From assembly GCA_003566635.1 (NCBI GenBank), contig PXCK01000085.1, positions 1,241 to 65,240 on the forward strand: a stretch of DNA of 64,000 nucleotides, written 5' to 3'. Source of the DNA: Balneolia bacterium. Lineage in GTDB: Bacteria; Bacteroidota; Rhodothermia; Balneolales; Cyclonatronaceae. The first letter of the stretch is position 1; each line of letters starts with the position of its first letter. The translations under genes and the position numbers were made by a program. Below are positions 19,027 to 30,240 of this stretch, piece by piece. Under the pieces are notes generated by a model that did no database searches, was not told where the DNA came from, and worked only from the letters and a program-made list of their open reading frames with translations.

Positions 19027-19755
19027 TCAAATTAAATAGGAACCGCTATTAATATGAAAGGTTTGTCCAGTCATATGTTTAAAATCACCTTTTGCTAAAG
19101 TGAGTATGAGCTTCCCAACTTCTTCTGGTGGAACTATATCGTTCAAGACTAAACCTTTAGTAAGGTATTCCTTGCCATAAACATCTATTGATTCACGGGC
19201 CATGTCCGTTTCTACAAAACCGGGCGCTATTGAATATGCGTAGATACTATCTTTTCCATATCCTCTGGCAATAGTTTTCGTTATGGCGATCATTGCAGCT
19301 TTACTGGCCGCATAAGCAGGATAGTCAGCGGTTTCACCTCTATACGCCGCTCTTGATGAAACATTTATAATGATTCCCTGTCGCCCGGCCTTTATACAAG
19401 ATTCTATAAACCACTTAGACAACAGTGTTGATGTGTTCAAATTGACTTGTAAGGTTTTATTCCAATTTTCATTCCACTCTTCATCACTTACCTGAAACGA
19501 TGCCGGATAGAAAACACCGGCATTATTTACAAGTACATCAACAGGAATATTATTTGTGAAATATTTTTTTAAAGCATAAACTTCCTGTTCTGAAGATAAA
19601 TCAGCTTTTACAGGATTGAATTGCTTTACATAACCATCAATTTGGGGAGCTGTTTTATTGAATACACCGGTTACATTCCAACCTTGGTTTAGAAATAATG
19701 ATAATGCAGATGCGCCTATTCCCCTACTACAACCGGTTAAAAACGCATTTTGCAT
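19027..19755 (-). CDS. SDR-family oxidoreductase
   Basis: Cofactor motif TGCSRGIG, NNAG, and catalytic YAASKAA. Confidence 0.85.
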   Translation of the reverse strand: MQNAFLTGCSRGIGASALSLFLNQGWNVTGVFNKTAPQIDGYVKQFNPVKADLSSEQEVYALKKYFTNNIPVDVLVNNAGVFYPASFQVSDEEWNENWNKTLQVNLNTSTLLSKWFIESCIKAGRQGIIINVSSRAAYRGETADYPAYAASKAAMIAITKTIARGYGKDSIYAYSIAPGFVETDMARESIDVYGKEYLTKGLVLNDIVPPEEVGKLILTLAKGDFKHMTGQTFHINSGSYLI

Positions 19756-19760
19756 TATGC

Positions 19761-20279
19761 TTATCTTTTAGAACCTTTTGGTGCTCTATAAACCGGTACA
19801 AAAGAGCAAGCCTCACCATACATAATTCTATCCGCAACGTTAATAAGATTGCTTGTTGCCTTTAAGTAAAGCGAGGGATGCAACTCCGAGTCGCTACATC
19901 CTTTAATAAGTACTCTTTTAGATTGGTACGCGCTCCAATCATGGTTCTCAACAGCTTGATTCATTAGTTGGAAACGAACCTCATCAGCTTTTCCGAAATA
20001 AACTTTAGCCCCTAATGGAGCAGCATGTGCAACAATGAGCATGTAAGCCCAATGTGCAATAATAGCATCTACGGAACAGTGTACCGCAATGATTTTATTT
20101 TCGAATTGAGACCAATCAAGTTTTTTTAAATCTTCCCTAAAGTCTTTTTCTTTCAAAATCATCTCCATAAAGAGATAATCTTTTAAATCGAAAGAAACGA
20201 TTTCTTTCTTTGGCTCAAAAGCTTGTAAATCAATCGTTATTAGACCGGATTTCGCAACTTTGTTTTCAATCAATTCCAT
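19761..20279 (-). CDS. DUF2480-like protein
   Basis: 172 aa. Size, the N terminus MELIENKVAKSGLITIDL and the position after the suf genes match my memory of the DUF2480 family. Not verified. Confidence 0.55.
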   Translation of the reverse strand: MELIENKVAKSGLITIDLQAFEPKKEIVSFDLKDYLFMEMILKEKDFREDLKKLDWSQFENKIIAVHCSVDAIIAHWAYMLIVAHAAPLGAKVYFGKADEVRFQLMNQAVENHDWSAYQSKRVLIKGCSDSELHPSLYLKATSNLINVADRIMYGEACSFVPVYRAPKGSKR

Positions 20280-20291
20280 ATTAGAAGGGTT

Positions 20292-20630
20292 TTAAACTGC
20301 AAATGATTCGCCACAAGAGCATGTTCTACTGGCATTTGGATTCACAAAGTGAAATCCTTTTCCATCTAAGCCATCGGTGTAGTCTAGCTGTGTGCCAGCC
20401 AGATACAAAAAACTTCGCATGTCAACCACAACTGTAAGGTCACCAATCTCCAAAACTTTTTCTTTGGCATTAGGATCAGCTTCTTCTTTGTCGAATTCTA
20501 ACTTATACGTTAAACCGGAACAGCCCCCACCTATCACACCTACACGTAATCGTGCATCTGCAGAATGATTTTCTGCATGCCTGATTTCTTCAATTTGGCT
20601 AAGTGCTCTTTCGCTTATTGTAATTGGCAT
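20292..20630 (-). CDS. A-type Fe-S cluster carrier (IscA/SufA/HesB family)
   Basis: GGGCSG and the C-terminal CSCGESF motif. Confidence 0.88.
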   Translation of the reverse strand: MPITISERALSQIEEIRHAENHSADARLRVGVIGGGCSGLTYKLEFDKEEADPNAKEKVLEIGDLTVVVDMRSFLYLAGTQLDYTDGLDGKGFHFVNPNASRTCSCGESFAV

Positions 20631-20641
20631 AAATTAAAATC

Positions 20642-21190
20642 CTAAACAGATTTTATTTCAATTTCCGGGTGAATACGCTTTACCATACTTTCAATGGCGT
20701 ATAATGTACCTGTTGTAGCAGTTGGGCATGTACCACAAGCTCCCTGATAGTGAACCTTCAGGATGTTATCTTCTAACCCCATCACCTTCAATCCACCGCC
20801 ATCGGCTAGCAGATATGGTCTTACTTGTTCGTCTAACATAGCGTTAATTTCAACTAATCTGGGGTCATTTTGAGCTTCTTTACTAGCATGAATTTCGTCA
20901 CTATCCGTATCTAACTGCCCCACTGCTTCTGCTTCGCGAATTGGTGGCGCTAATTTACGAAGTAAATCATTCCAATCTGCTTCACCATCTTGTGTAATGG
21001 TTACGTATTTATCTACATAATAGACCGAAATAACATGATCTATTTCAAAAAGTTGCGTAGCAAAAGGATCTTGCGAGGCTTCTTCTGCATTTTCGTAAGA
21101 GCGTGTTACACCCTGTGAAATATTATCCTTCAATACAAATCGAATTGCATTTGGGTTCGGAGTGCGTTCTATTTCTGCTATCTTTGGCAT
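20642..21190 (-). CDS. Nfu-type Fe-S scaffold/carrier (Nfu_N plus NifU C-terminal domain)
   Basis: N-terminal TPNPNAIRF and a C-terminal CGTCP redox motif. Confidence 0.8.
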   Translation of the reverse strand: MPKIAEIERTPNPNAIRFVLKDNISQGVTRSYENAEEASQDPFATQLFEIDHVISVYYVDKYVTITQDGEADWNDLLRKLAPPIREAEAVGQLDTDSDEIHASKEAQNDPRLVEINAMLDEQVRPYLLADGGGLKVMGLEDNILKVHYQGACGTCPTATTGTLYAIESMVKRIHPEIEIKSV

Positions 21191-21200
21191 AATTCTTTAA

Positions 21201-21656
21201 TTATTCAGTCGTTACTTCGTCTTTATTTTCAAGAGCCGCATTTAACGTGTGCCACGCTAATGTTGCACACTTAACACGAGCCGGTAAATCTTTAACTCCG
21301 GCAAAAACCTTAAGTCTGTTGTTTAAAGCCTTATCATCTTCACTTTTGCCGGTTACTAAATCATGAAACCCATCAAACATTTCGTGAGCTTCTTCCAGTG
21401 ATTTTCCAATAAGTAGTGTCGTCATAATGGAGGCTGATGCTTTTGATATAGCACAACCATCACCTACAAAACTTACATCCTGGATTACATTATCATCACT
21501 TACAGTTAAGTATAAGTCCAAACGGTCACCACAAAGTGGATTATGTCCCTTTGCACTATGCGTGGGTTCATCAATAACCCGATAATTTCTGGGCTTTTTG
21601 TTATGATCAAGAATTACTTCCTGATATAAATTTTTTGTTCTGCTAGTTAACATCAA
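21201..21656 (-). CDS. sufU: SUF-system NifU-family sulfur acceptor/scaffold SufU
   Basis: Three conserved Cys contexts: NPLCGD, GDGCAISKAS and KCATLAWH. Overlaps the sufS stop. Confidence 0.85.
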   Translation of the reverse strand: MMLTSRTKNLYQEVILDHNKKPRNYRVIDEPTHSAKGHNPLCGDRLDLYLTVSDDNVIQDVSFVGDGCAISKASASIMTTLLIGKSLEEAHEMFDGFHDLVTGKSEDDKALNNRLKVFAGVKDLPARVKCATLAWHTLNAALENKDEVTTE

Positions 21657-22920
21657 ATAAATCCGTCACTTTTTTTAGTGCAAGTACCAATGCATCAATC
21701 TCTTCAAACGTATTATAGAAAGACATAGAAGCTCGGGTAGTCGCCGGAATACCATATCGCTGCATTACAGGTTGGGCACAATGGTGACCAGTGCGAACAG
21801 CTACAGCTTCTTCATCTAAAATAGTACCAATATCATGAGGGTGAACCCCATCAATAATAAATGAAATTAGCGAAATCTTATTCTCTGCAGTACCAATAAT
21901 TTTTAGACCAGGAACATCTGAAACTTTATCTGTAGCATATTCGAGCAATTTTTGCTCGTAACTATGGATAAATTTTTTGTCCTGCTCATTAATATATTTG
22001 GCTGCAGCACCCATTCCAATCACCTGTGCAATAGCCGGTGTTCCGGCTTCGAACTTGAAAGGAGCTTCATTGTATATTATTTCATCAAAAGAAACAGACA
22101 GAATCATGTCGCCACCACCTCTGTATGGATCCATGACATCTAATAATTCTTTGCGTCCGTACAGTAGTCCGGTACCGGTTGGGCCGTGCATTTTATGTCC
22201 GGAAAAGGCATAAAAATCACACCCAAGAGTTTGCACATCTACCGTTAGGTGAGCACAAGCTTGTGCCCCATCAACAACTGTAATAATACCTCTTTCCCTG
22301 CATGTTTCGGTAATTTTTTCTATTGGGTTTATCGTACCCAACGCGTTTGAAACATGATTTACAGCAACAATTTTCACATCATCATCTAAAAGATCATGAA
22401 ATGTATCTAAGTCAAGTTCACCTGAATCTGTTATAGGTATTACAACGATTTCAACGTCATGCGATTTCGATAACATGTACCAAGGTACAATATTTGCGTG
22501 ATGCTCCATATTTGACACCAAAATTTTATCGCCTTTTTTCAAAAACTTTTTGGCGTAAGAGTGCATCACCAAATTAATAGAATCGGTTGTACCAGACGTA
22601 AAAATGATTTCTTTGGTAGAAGAAGCGTTTATGTACTTCTTTAACGTTTCCCGCGCCTCCTCGTAAAGATCTGTTGATTCCTGGCTTAATGTATGAACTC
22701 CACGATGCACATTCGAATGATGGTAAGTATGATAAGCCGATATGGTATCAATTACTTGTTTTGGCATCTGAGTTGATGCACCATTATCAAGATAGACCAA
22801 TGGCTTATCATTAACCTTACGGTTAAGGATGGGGAAATCACGACGAATCTCGGCGATTCGTCGTTTCATTTCATTCTCTGTGTTAATACCGTTTTTTTTA
22901 TGTTCGAATGTTACAGACAT
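21643..22920 (-). CDS. sufS: cysteine desulfurase SufS
   Basis: PLP-lysine context FSGHKMHGPTG and catalytic Cys context RTGHHCAQP. Confidence 0.93.
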   Translation of the reverse strand: MSVTFEHKKNGINTENEMKRRIAEIRRDFPILNRKVNDKPLVYLDNGASTQMPKQVIDTISAYHTYHHSNVHRGVHTLSQESTDLYEEARETLKKYINASSTKEIIFTSGTTDSINLVMHSYAKKFLKKGDKILVSNMEHHANIVPWYMLSKSHDVEIVVIPITDSGELDLDTFHDLLDDDVKIVAVNHVSNALGTINPIEKITETCRERGIITVVDGAQACAHLTVDVQTLGCDFYAFSGHKMHGPTGTGLLYGRKELLDVMDPYRGGGDMILSVSFDEIIYNEAPFKFEAGTPAIAQVIGMGAAAKYINEQDKKFIHSYEQKLLEYATDKVSDVPGLKIIGTAENKISLISFIIDGVHPHDIGTILDEEAVAVRTGHHCAQPVMQRYGIPATTRASMSFYNTFEEIDALVLALKKVTDLFDVN

Positions 22921-22927
22921 TAATTTT

Positions 22928-24235
22928 TTAACTTTCTAAGTAAGTTACTTCAACATCACTGTCGGTCGTAAGCTCAGCAACATCATGGCTTAATTTTTCT
23001 CTCAAGCTTGCTACCGGAAGGTTCTCAATTACATCTAGTGCAAAGCCGTAAGTCAATAATTGTTGAGCTGTAGTTTTACTTAGTCCTCTACTTTGTAAAT
23101 AAAACATTTCATCTTCAGATAACTGACCAATTGTGGCTCCGTGGCTACATTTAACGTCGTCGGCAAAAATTTCCAACTGTGGCTTTGTAAACACTTCAGC
23201 TTTTTCGCTCAGTAATAAATTTCTATTCTCCTGAAAGGAATCTATTAACTGGGAATCCTTTCTGACAAAAATTTTACCATTAAATACAGATTTACCTTTA
23301 CCGGAAGCAATTACTTTGTGCAACTGATGGCTGGTACAATTTTCTTTAAGGTGATCCATAATACTATGTGTATCTGATACCTGATTACCATTTACAATCA
23401 CCAGTCCATCTAAAGTAGCATGCGCATTTTCTGAGTCTACCAATGCCATTGGCTCGTTTCTGAACAAAGCTGCACCTAGCGAGATAGTGTAAGCATTATA
23501 GTTACTTCCTCTTGCTAATAAAGAAGCGGTCCTGCTTATGTGTGTTGCTTTGGTACTTTCTCTTTGCACTTTAATGTGAGTAACGTGAGACTCATCTGAC
23601 AAAACGGTTTCAGTTACCGCATTCATAAAGTAGATTGATTCTTCTTTACCAACGAAATCTTCAACGATAGTCATATCACTATGGCGCTCAGCAAAAATAA
23701 AGGTACGAGCATTCGAAAAGATGTTTTCATTAGCATCTGTAGCATAAAGTATCTGCAGCGGAGCTTCTACTTTTAATTCTTTTGGAATGTAAACGATTAC
23801 AGTTTCACGGACCATAGCCGTATTAAATGGAACAAATGCATCTGACTTATAAGTTGCAACATTGCTGTAGTGCTTTTCAAAGGCCTCAACAACGTGAGCC
23901 GGTGCATCACCAAGTTTTCCGACAAAGCATCCTTCCGGCAGACCTGAAACATTTGACAAATCATCACGATAAAAACCATTAACAATAACAATGTGGGATG
24001 CATCAGCTTCCTTAAGGATATAATTTTTTATATCTATGGAAGTGACGTCACCTGATTTCGCAGCTACGAAATTATTTGATGTCAGAGGCTTTAGCGAGAT
24101 TTGTCTCCAATCCTCGTCTTTGGATGTCGGGAATGGGATAGATTGTACTTGATTGTAAGCATTTTGCCTGGCAGACATAAGCGACTTATTCGCCGCCGTA
24201 TTAACCAGAGCATTATCTACTAATTCTAATAACAT
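22928..24235 (-). CDS. sufD: Fe-S cluster assembly protein SufD
   Basis: 435 aa, lying between sufC and sufS. C-terminal beta-helix pattern with CSHGATIGQL. Confidence 0.9.
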   Translation of the reverse strand: MLLELVDNALVNTAANKSLMSARQNAYNQVQSIPFPTSKDEDWRQISLKPLTSNNFVAAKSGDVTSIDIKNYILKEADASHIVIVNGFYRDDLSNVSGLPEGCFVGKLGDAPAHVVEAFEKHYSNVATYKSDAFVPFNTAMVRETVIVYIPKELKVEAPLQILYATDANENIFSNARTFIFAERHSDMTIVEDFVGKEESIYFMNAVTETVLSDESHVTHIKVQRESTKATHISRTASLLARGSNYNAYTISLGAALFRNEPMALVDSENAHATLDGLVIVNGNQVSDTHSIMDHLKENCTSHQLHKVIASGKGKSVFNGKIFVRKDSQLIDSFQENRNLLLSEKAEVFTKPQLEIFADDVKCSHGATIGQLSEDEMFYLQSRGLSKTTAQQLLTYGFALDVIENLPVASLREKLSHDVAELTTDSDVEVTYLES

Positions 24236-24264
24236 AGATTTAAGTTTTTATTGGTTAATACTAA

Positions 24265-25029
24265 TTAGGCTTCGCCGTTTACGAGTTGATCTTTCATTAA
24301 CCAATCGTATCCTTTTTCTTCAAGTTGCAGGGCTAATTCTTTACCACCAGATTTAACAATTCTGCCATTAATTAAGACATGAACTTTATCGGGTGTGATG
24401 TAATTAAGAATACGTTGATAGTGCGTTACCAACATGAAGGCATTTTCGCTATTACGAATCTTATTCACAGCATCTGATACAATACGAAGAGCATCAATAT
24501 CCAATCCTGAATCAGTTTCATCCATTAATGCAAGCCTGGGCTCCATAGAAGCTAGTTGAAGAATCTCATTTCTTTTTTTCTCTCCACCGGAAAAACCTTC
24601 ATTCACGCTTCTATCAAGGAATTTGTCATCCATTTCAACAAGCTTTAGCTTTTCTTCGATAAAATCTTCAAATTCAAGTGGGTCTAATTCATCTATCCCT
24701 CTTTCACTACGAACAGCGTTTACTGCCTGTCGAATTAGCATTGAATTGCTAACTCCCGGTACTTCTACAGGGTATTGGAAAGCAAGAAAGATACCCATGC
24801 GAGCGCGCTCATCAGGATCCATCTCCAAAATATCTTCACCTTCAAACAAAATCTGTCCACCGGTTACTTCATAAGCAGGATGTCCTGCAACAATTTTGGC
24901 AAGCGTACTTTTTCCGCTTCCATTAGGCCCCATAATAGCATGAACCTCACCTTTGTTAATTTCAAGGTTTATACCTTTGAGGATTTTTTCCCCTTCTACG
25001 GTTGCATGTAAGTCAATTATTTTTAACAC
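24265..25029 (-). CDS. sufC: Fe-S cluster assembly ATPase SufC
   Basis: Walker [13 protein letters not shown] signature FSGGEKKR and Walker [13 protein letters not shown]. Confidence 0.95.
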   Translation of the reverse strand: MLKIIDLHATVEGEKILKGINLEINKGEVHAIMGPNGSGKSTLAKIVAGHPAYEVTGGQILFEGEDILEMDPDERARMGIFLAFQYPVEVPGVSNSMLIRQAVNAVRSERGIDELDPLEFEDFIEEKLKLVEMDDKFLDRSVNEGFSGGEKKRNEILQLASMEPRLALMDETDSGLDIDALRIVSDAVNKIRNSENAFMLVTHYQRILNYITPDKVHVLINGRIVKSGGKELALQLEEKGYDWLMKDQLVNGEA

Positions 25030-25080
25030 GACAATAGTTATTTATAGTGTGAATATTTATTTCTTAAAATTTTTGATGGA

Positions 25081-26532
25081 TTAACCAACGCTGCCTTCAA
25101 GCTTGATAGCCAATAATTTTTGTGCTTCGACAGCGAATTCCATTGGTAATTCCTTGAATACTTCTTTACAAAACCCATTGATAATTAGTGAGATAGCATC
25201 TTCCTCGCTCATACCTCTGGATTGTAAATAGAAAATTTGATCTTCTCCAATTTTGGAAGTTGTTGCTTCGTGCTCTATAGAGGAAGTATTATTTTTAGAT
25301 TCGATATATGGGAATGTGTGTGCCCCACAGTCACTACCTATCAACATAGAGTCACATACAGAATAATTTCTTGAACCATTAGCCTTAGGTCCGATTTTTA
25401 CCAAGCCACGATAACTATTTTGTGATTTACCGGCAGAGATACCTTTAGATACTATCGTACTCTTGGTGTTTTTTCCGAGGTGAATCATTTTGGTTCCTGT
25501 ATCGGCTTGTTGCATATCATTCGTTAGGGCAACAGAGTAAAACTCCCCAATTGAGTTGTCACCTTTTAAGATTACACTTGGGTACTTCCAGGTTATTGCA
25601 GAACCGGTCTCAACCTGTGTCCACGAAATTTTGGAATTAACCCCCTTACAAATTCCGCGTTTGGTTACAAAGTTATAAATACCACCTTTACCGTTTTCAT
25701 CGCCGGGGTACCAATTTTGAACGGTAGAATATTTTACTTCAGAATTGTCAAGTGCAACAATTTCTACTACTGCAGCATGCAATTGGTTAGTGTCGAACAT
25801 AGGTGCTGTACAACCTTCCAAATAGCTTACGGAAGCCCCTTCTTCTGCTACAATTAAAGTGCGCTCAAACTGACCTGAGTTTTCGTTGTTAATTCTAAAA
25901 TAGGTTGAAAGTTCCATAGGACACTTTACACCTTTAGGAACAAAAACGAAGGAACCATCGGAAAAAACCGCTGAGTTAAGGGCAGAGAAAAAATTATCAC
26001 TACTTGGTACCACAGAACCTAAGTATTGCTTCACTAGCTCAGGATAATCTTTTACAGCCTCTGTCATTGAGCAGAAGATTACTCCGGCTTCTTTTAATTT
26101 TTCTTTAAATGTAGTTGCAACAGATACACTATCAAATACAGCATCTACTGCAACACCGGCCAACATTTTTTGCTCACTTAATGGAATGCCCAACTTCTCG
26201 TAAGTTTCAAGAATTTCGGGATCAACTTCATCTAAGCTGTTTAACTTTGGTTTTTTCTTAGGCTGTGAGTGATATACAATTTCCTGATAATCAAGTTTCT
26301 CATATTCAACGTTTGGCCATTCTGGTTCTTCCATCTCAAGCCAGCTTTTATAGGCTTTCAGGCGAAACTCCAGCATAAATTCAGGTTCGCCCTTGATTTC
26401 AGAGATTTTGCGAATAATATCTTCATTTAACCCTTTTGGGAAATCTTCATACTGAATGTCGGTCTTGAATCCATATTTATATTTTTTCGATGCAGCTACT
26501 TCTACTGCTTGTGCTTCACTAAGTGTGGACAT
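25081..26532 (-). CDS. sufB: Fe-S cluster assembly scaffold SufB
   Basis: 483 aa with characteristic SufB blocks YGFKTDI, EGCTAP and [20 protein letters not shown]. Confidence 0.95.
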   Translation of the reverse strand: MSTLSEAQAVEVAASKKYKYGFKTDIQYEDFPKGLNEDIIRKISEIKGEPEFMLEFRLKAYKSWLEMEEPEWPNVEYEKLDYQEIVYHSQPKKKPKLNSLDEVDPEILETYEKLGIPLSEQKMLAGVAVDAVFDSVSVATTFKEKLKEAGVIFCSMTEAVKDYPELVKQYLGSVVPSSDNFFSALNSAVFSDGSFVFVPKGVKCPMELSTYFRINNENSGQFERTLIVAEEGASVSYLEGCTAPMFDTNQLHAAVVEIVALDNSEVKYSTVQNWYPGDENGKGGIYNFVTKRGICKGVNSKISWTQVETGSAITWKYPSVILKGDNSIGEFYSVALTNDMQQADTGTKMIHLGKNTKSTIVSKGISAGKSQNSYRGLVKIGPKANGSRNYSVCDSMLIGSDCGAHTFPYIESKNNTSSIEHEATTSKIGEDQIFYLQSRGMSEEDAISLIINGFCKEVFKELPMEFAVEAQKLLAIKLEGSVG

Positions 26533-26852
26533 ATGAAGTTGATTTTTTATTTATATTAGTTAGTTCCAAAAAAAGCTCTCAGGAATAATTTATATCTGAG
26601 TGTGAGTCATTTTACTGTGGAATAGTTACCTCAAAGATAAGGTTTAAATTCCTTAATTCGAAACAATCTAAATAAAAATAACATTCCAAAAGATGACTTT
26701 TTTGTTAGTCCTTAAATCGGTTAAGTAATAATAAAATAATAATGCTAGGAATTCATTTATACATTTAGCAATTAGCTGCAACACCGAACTATACATACGC
26801 AAATTACTGTTACATCGTCTCAATTTTATTAACTTCTATTTAAAAGTGTTTC

Positions 26853-29800
26853 ATGGGTTTAGACACCATAAAAAAATCAATATTTAAAACTTTTTCAGCC
26901 TCCGAATTAGATTCAGCTCTAAAGAAAGATTACCCCTTATTCTTAAAAAATGTCAGTGGCTCACTCATTTCATTTATTTGTAACTATCTGTCAGAAAAAG
27001 AAGACACGTTATTAGTTATACTTCCCGATGAAGAAAAGGCACGATTTTTAACAGGTGACTTATTAAATATGGGTTTGGAAGACACCCTGTTTTTTCCCAC
27101 TTCCAATAAAAAGCCCTACCAATCTGTAGACGTTGCAGAATCCCAATCGCTGGTTGAACGTGCTGAAGTGCTTGATGCCGTGATAAACGATACTGTAAAG
27201 GTTTTGGTAACGAGTGCTCAAGCTCTTTCCGAAAAAGTAATTTCACCCAAAAAGTTTAAAGATTCGTCTATAGATATTCATAAAGGAGAGGAGTATTCTA
27301 TGGATGCCCTTAGAGAAGAGCTGCTTGATAACGGTTACGTTGAAGTTAAGTTTGTTGACAGGCCGGGTGAAATTGCAGTGAGAGGTGGAATTTTTGATGT
27401 TTTCCCGCTTTCCGGCGACTACCCTGTTCGTTTTGAGTTTTTTGGAGATGAAATTGATTCCATTCGTCACTTTGATGCAGATTCACAGCGCTCCATTTCT
27501 TTTTTGAACACTGTAAAAATTGTTCCTAATTCAACTGTATTCCATTCGACGGGTCGCGAACATCTACTTAATTATTTTTCAGATAAAACTACCATCTTAT
27601 CCATAGATGCGCTACTTTTGGTATCTGAAACCAATAAGGTTTTTGAAACGGCTGATACCATCTACGGGAGCTTGAAAGACAAGGCAGACGATATAAATGA
27701 GGGTCACCCCCTTCCCAACCCTTCGGATTTATTTACTACTGGAAGTCATTTAATTAAGCAATTAACCCATTTTAAAACGATCTATTCAGGAACTTTAAAA
27801 CCGGATTTTGTAGAAAACCTAAATGAAATTGATTTTAAAACGAAGCGACAACCCGAGTTTAGCAGCACTATTAAACTGCTGAAAGAAGAGATCACCCAAA
27901 ATTCAAAAGCTGAAATTGAAACATATATTTTATGTGATAGTGAAGGACAAAAAGAACGCTTCGAAGAATTATTGGGGGATCCGTCAATCACGTATAATTA
28001 TTTTCTAAGCACAGAAACCCTTCATGAAGGGTTTATTTATGAAGATGCCGGCATTGCAGTTTTTACTGATCATCAGATTTTCAACCGTTATCACAGACCA
28101 AAAGTCAAAAAGAGAAAAGTTACAGGTGGTATTTCCTTTAAAGAACTAAAAGACCTGAATATTGGCGATTTTGTTGTACACGTAGATTTTGGTATCGGAA
28201 AGTTTGCAGGTTTCAAAAAAATAAAAGTAAAAGATACCACTCAGGAAGTTGTTGTATTAAAATACTTGAATGACAGTATTTTATATGTGAATGTATCGAA
28301 TCTGTTTAAAATTCAGAAATATTCCGGCAAAGACGGGCATCAACCAAAAATAACCAAACTTGGCGGAACCGAGTGGGCCAGAAAAAAAGCCAATGCAAAA
28401 GCACGTGTTAAAGATATAGCGCGCGAGCTGATTCGTCTCTACGCTCAACGAAAACTACAAAAAGCACATAGCTTCCCCCCCGACAACTATATGCAAACCG
28501 AAATGGAAGCTGCTTTTATGTTTGAAGAAACTCCCGATCAAATGAAGGCCATAGAAGACGTAAAAGCCGATATGATGGATGAGAAACCAATGGATAGGCT
28601 TGTTTGTGGTGATGTAGGTTTCGGTAAAACTGAAGTCGCTGTACGGGCAGCTTTTAAAGCTGCGTTAGATAGCAAGCAAGTTGCTGTATTGGTACCAACT
28701 ACTATTCTTGCAGATCAACACTTCAAGACATTCAAAAGAAGAATGGATCTATTTCCTATAAATATTGAAGTTTTATCACGCTTCCGTACCAAAGCCGAGC
28801 AAAAAATAGTTCTTGAAAAAGTAAAAAAGGGCGAAGTTGATATTCTGATTGGCACCCACCGAATAACCTCAAAAGATGTTGAGTTCAAAAACCTTGGGTT
28901 AATGATAGTTGATGAGGAGCAGCGATTTGGCGTGTCAACAAAGGAAAAAATTAAACGTTTTAAGGCTTCGGTTGATGTACTCACCCTCACAGCCACTCCG
29001 ATACCAAGAACACTTCAATTCTCCTTAATGGGAGCTCGGGATTTGAGTGTCATCAACACACCACCCGAAAACCGTCAACCGGTTCAAACAGAAATAATTA
29101 GTTTTAGTCAGGCTCGTATTCAGGATGCAATTATTTATGAAATCAGCCGGGGTGGTCAACTCTTTTTTATCCATAATCGTGTTCAAAATATTGAAGAAGT
29201 AAGCAATATGATAATGGATATGGTGCCGAATATTAAAGTTCGTTATGCACATGGCCAAATGAAGCCTTCTGAATTGGAAAAAATCATTTATGATTTCTAC
29301 AATCATAAATTTGACGTACTTGTTTCAACAAATATTGTAGAAAATGGGATCGATATTGCCAATGCAAATACCATTATAATTAATCATGCCGATCGATTTG
29401 GACTAAGTGAATTACATCAACTAAGGGGAAGAGTTGGAAGATCAAACCGTAAAGCATTCTGTTATCTGGTTTCTCCGCCATTTGAGGTGTTGACTATGGA
29501 ATCCAGAAAACGACTAATGGCTCTGGTAGAGTTTGATAGTCTTGGATCCGGTTTTAATATTGCCATGCGCGATTTAGATATACGTGGAGCTGGCGATATT
29601 TTAGGTGGCGAACAAAGTGGTTTCATTGCAGATGTTGGGTTCGAACTCTATCAAAAAATATTAAACGATGCTGTGAAAGAACTTAAGCAAAGTGAGTTCA
29701 GTGACATGTTTGAAGATTTCCAACCAGGAGTTGAACTACCGGAAACTACAGTGGAATTCGATTTGTCGGCAATGCTACCTTCTTACTACGTTTCTGACAA

Positions 29801-30230
29801 TGTTGAAAGATTAAATCTTTACCGAAGGTTGTCTTTAGCGAATGATGAAAAAGATATTGACAATTGGCGTCAGGAAATTGAAGATCGATTTGGAAAACCT
29901 CCGGAGGCTTCCGAACATTTAGTAGATGCAACCCGCATTAAGCTATTTGCAAGTCAGCTTTATATTATTAAAGTAACCGTAAGAGCCGGAAAAATGTGGT
30001 TGGTGTGCCCTGATGGTAATTCAGAAGCAGGCAAAGAGTTCTATGAAAAAGGAAAAATGCAGGAAATTATTGCACGCATACAAGAGACTGGTAACGAACT
30101 ACAAATAACCCAAAAAGATAATACAGTCAGATTGGTTGTATCTTCAATATCAGGCTTGAAAGAAGCAGCATTGTTTTTAAATACGCTTAATCAATCTTTT
30201 AAGGGTAATGAATTAAAAGTAGTAGAGTAA
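26853..30230 (+). CDS. mfd: transcription-repair coupling factor Mfd
   Basis: 1125 aa. Superfamily-2 helicase motifs GDVGFGKTEVA and DEEQRFG, a CarD-like RNAP-interaction domain (DFVVHVDFGIGKF) and a TRCF C-terminal domain. Confidence 0.95.
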   Translation: MGLDTIKKSIFKTFSASELDSALKKDYPLFLKNVSGSLISFICNYLSEKEDTLLVILPDEEKARFLTGDLLNMGLEDTLFFPTSNKKPYQSVDVAESQSLVERAEVLDAVINDTVKVLVTSAQALSEKVISPKKFKDSSIDIHKGEEYSMDALREELLDNGYVEVKFVDRPGEIAVRGGIFDVFPLSGDYPVRFEFFGDEIDSIRHFDADSQRSISFLNTVKIVPNSTVFHSTGREHLLNYFSDKTTILSIDALLLVSETNKVFETADTIYGSLKDKADDINEGHPLPNPSDLFTTGSHLIKQLTHFKTIYSGTLKPDFVENLNEIDFKTKRQPEFSSTIKLLKEEITQNSKAEIETYILCDSEGQKERFEELLGDPSITYNYFLSTETLHEGFIYEDAGIAVFTDHQIFNRYHRPKVKKRKVTGGISFKELKDLNIGDFVVHVDFGIGKFAGFKKIKVKDTTQEVVVLKYLNDSILYVNVSNLFKIQKYSGKDGHQPKITKLGGTEWARKKANAKARVKDIARELIRLYAQRKLQKAHSFPPDNYMQTEMEAAFMFEETPDQMKAIEDVKADMMDEKPMDRLVCGDVGFGKTEVAVRAAFKAALDSKQVAVLVPTTILADQHFKTFKRRMDLFPINIEVLSRFRTKAEQKIVLEKVKKGEVDILIGTHRITSKDVEFKNLGLMIVDEEQRFGVSTKEKIKRFKASVDVLTLTATPIPRTLQFSLMGARDLSVINTPPENRQPVQTEIISFSQARIQDAIIYEISRGGQLFFIHNRVQNIEEVSNMIMDMVPNIKVRYAHGQMKPSELEKIIYDFYNHKFDVLVSTNIVENGIDIANANTIIINHADRFGLSELHQLRGRVGRSNRKAFCYLVSPPFEVLTMESRKRLMALVEFDSLGSGFNIAMRDLDIRGAGDILGGEQSGFIADVGFELYQKILNDAVKELKQSEFSDMFEDFQPGVELPETTVEFDLSAMLPSYYVSDNVERLNLYRRLSLANDEKDIDNWRQEIEDRFGKPPEASEHLVDATRIKLFASQLYIIKVTVRAGKMWLVCPDGNSEAGKEFYEKGKMQEIIARIQETGNELQITQKDNTVRLVVSSISGLKEAALFLNTLNQSFKGNELKVVE

Positions 30231-30240
30231 ACATCTACTT

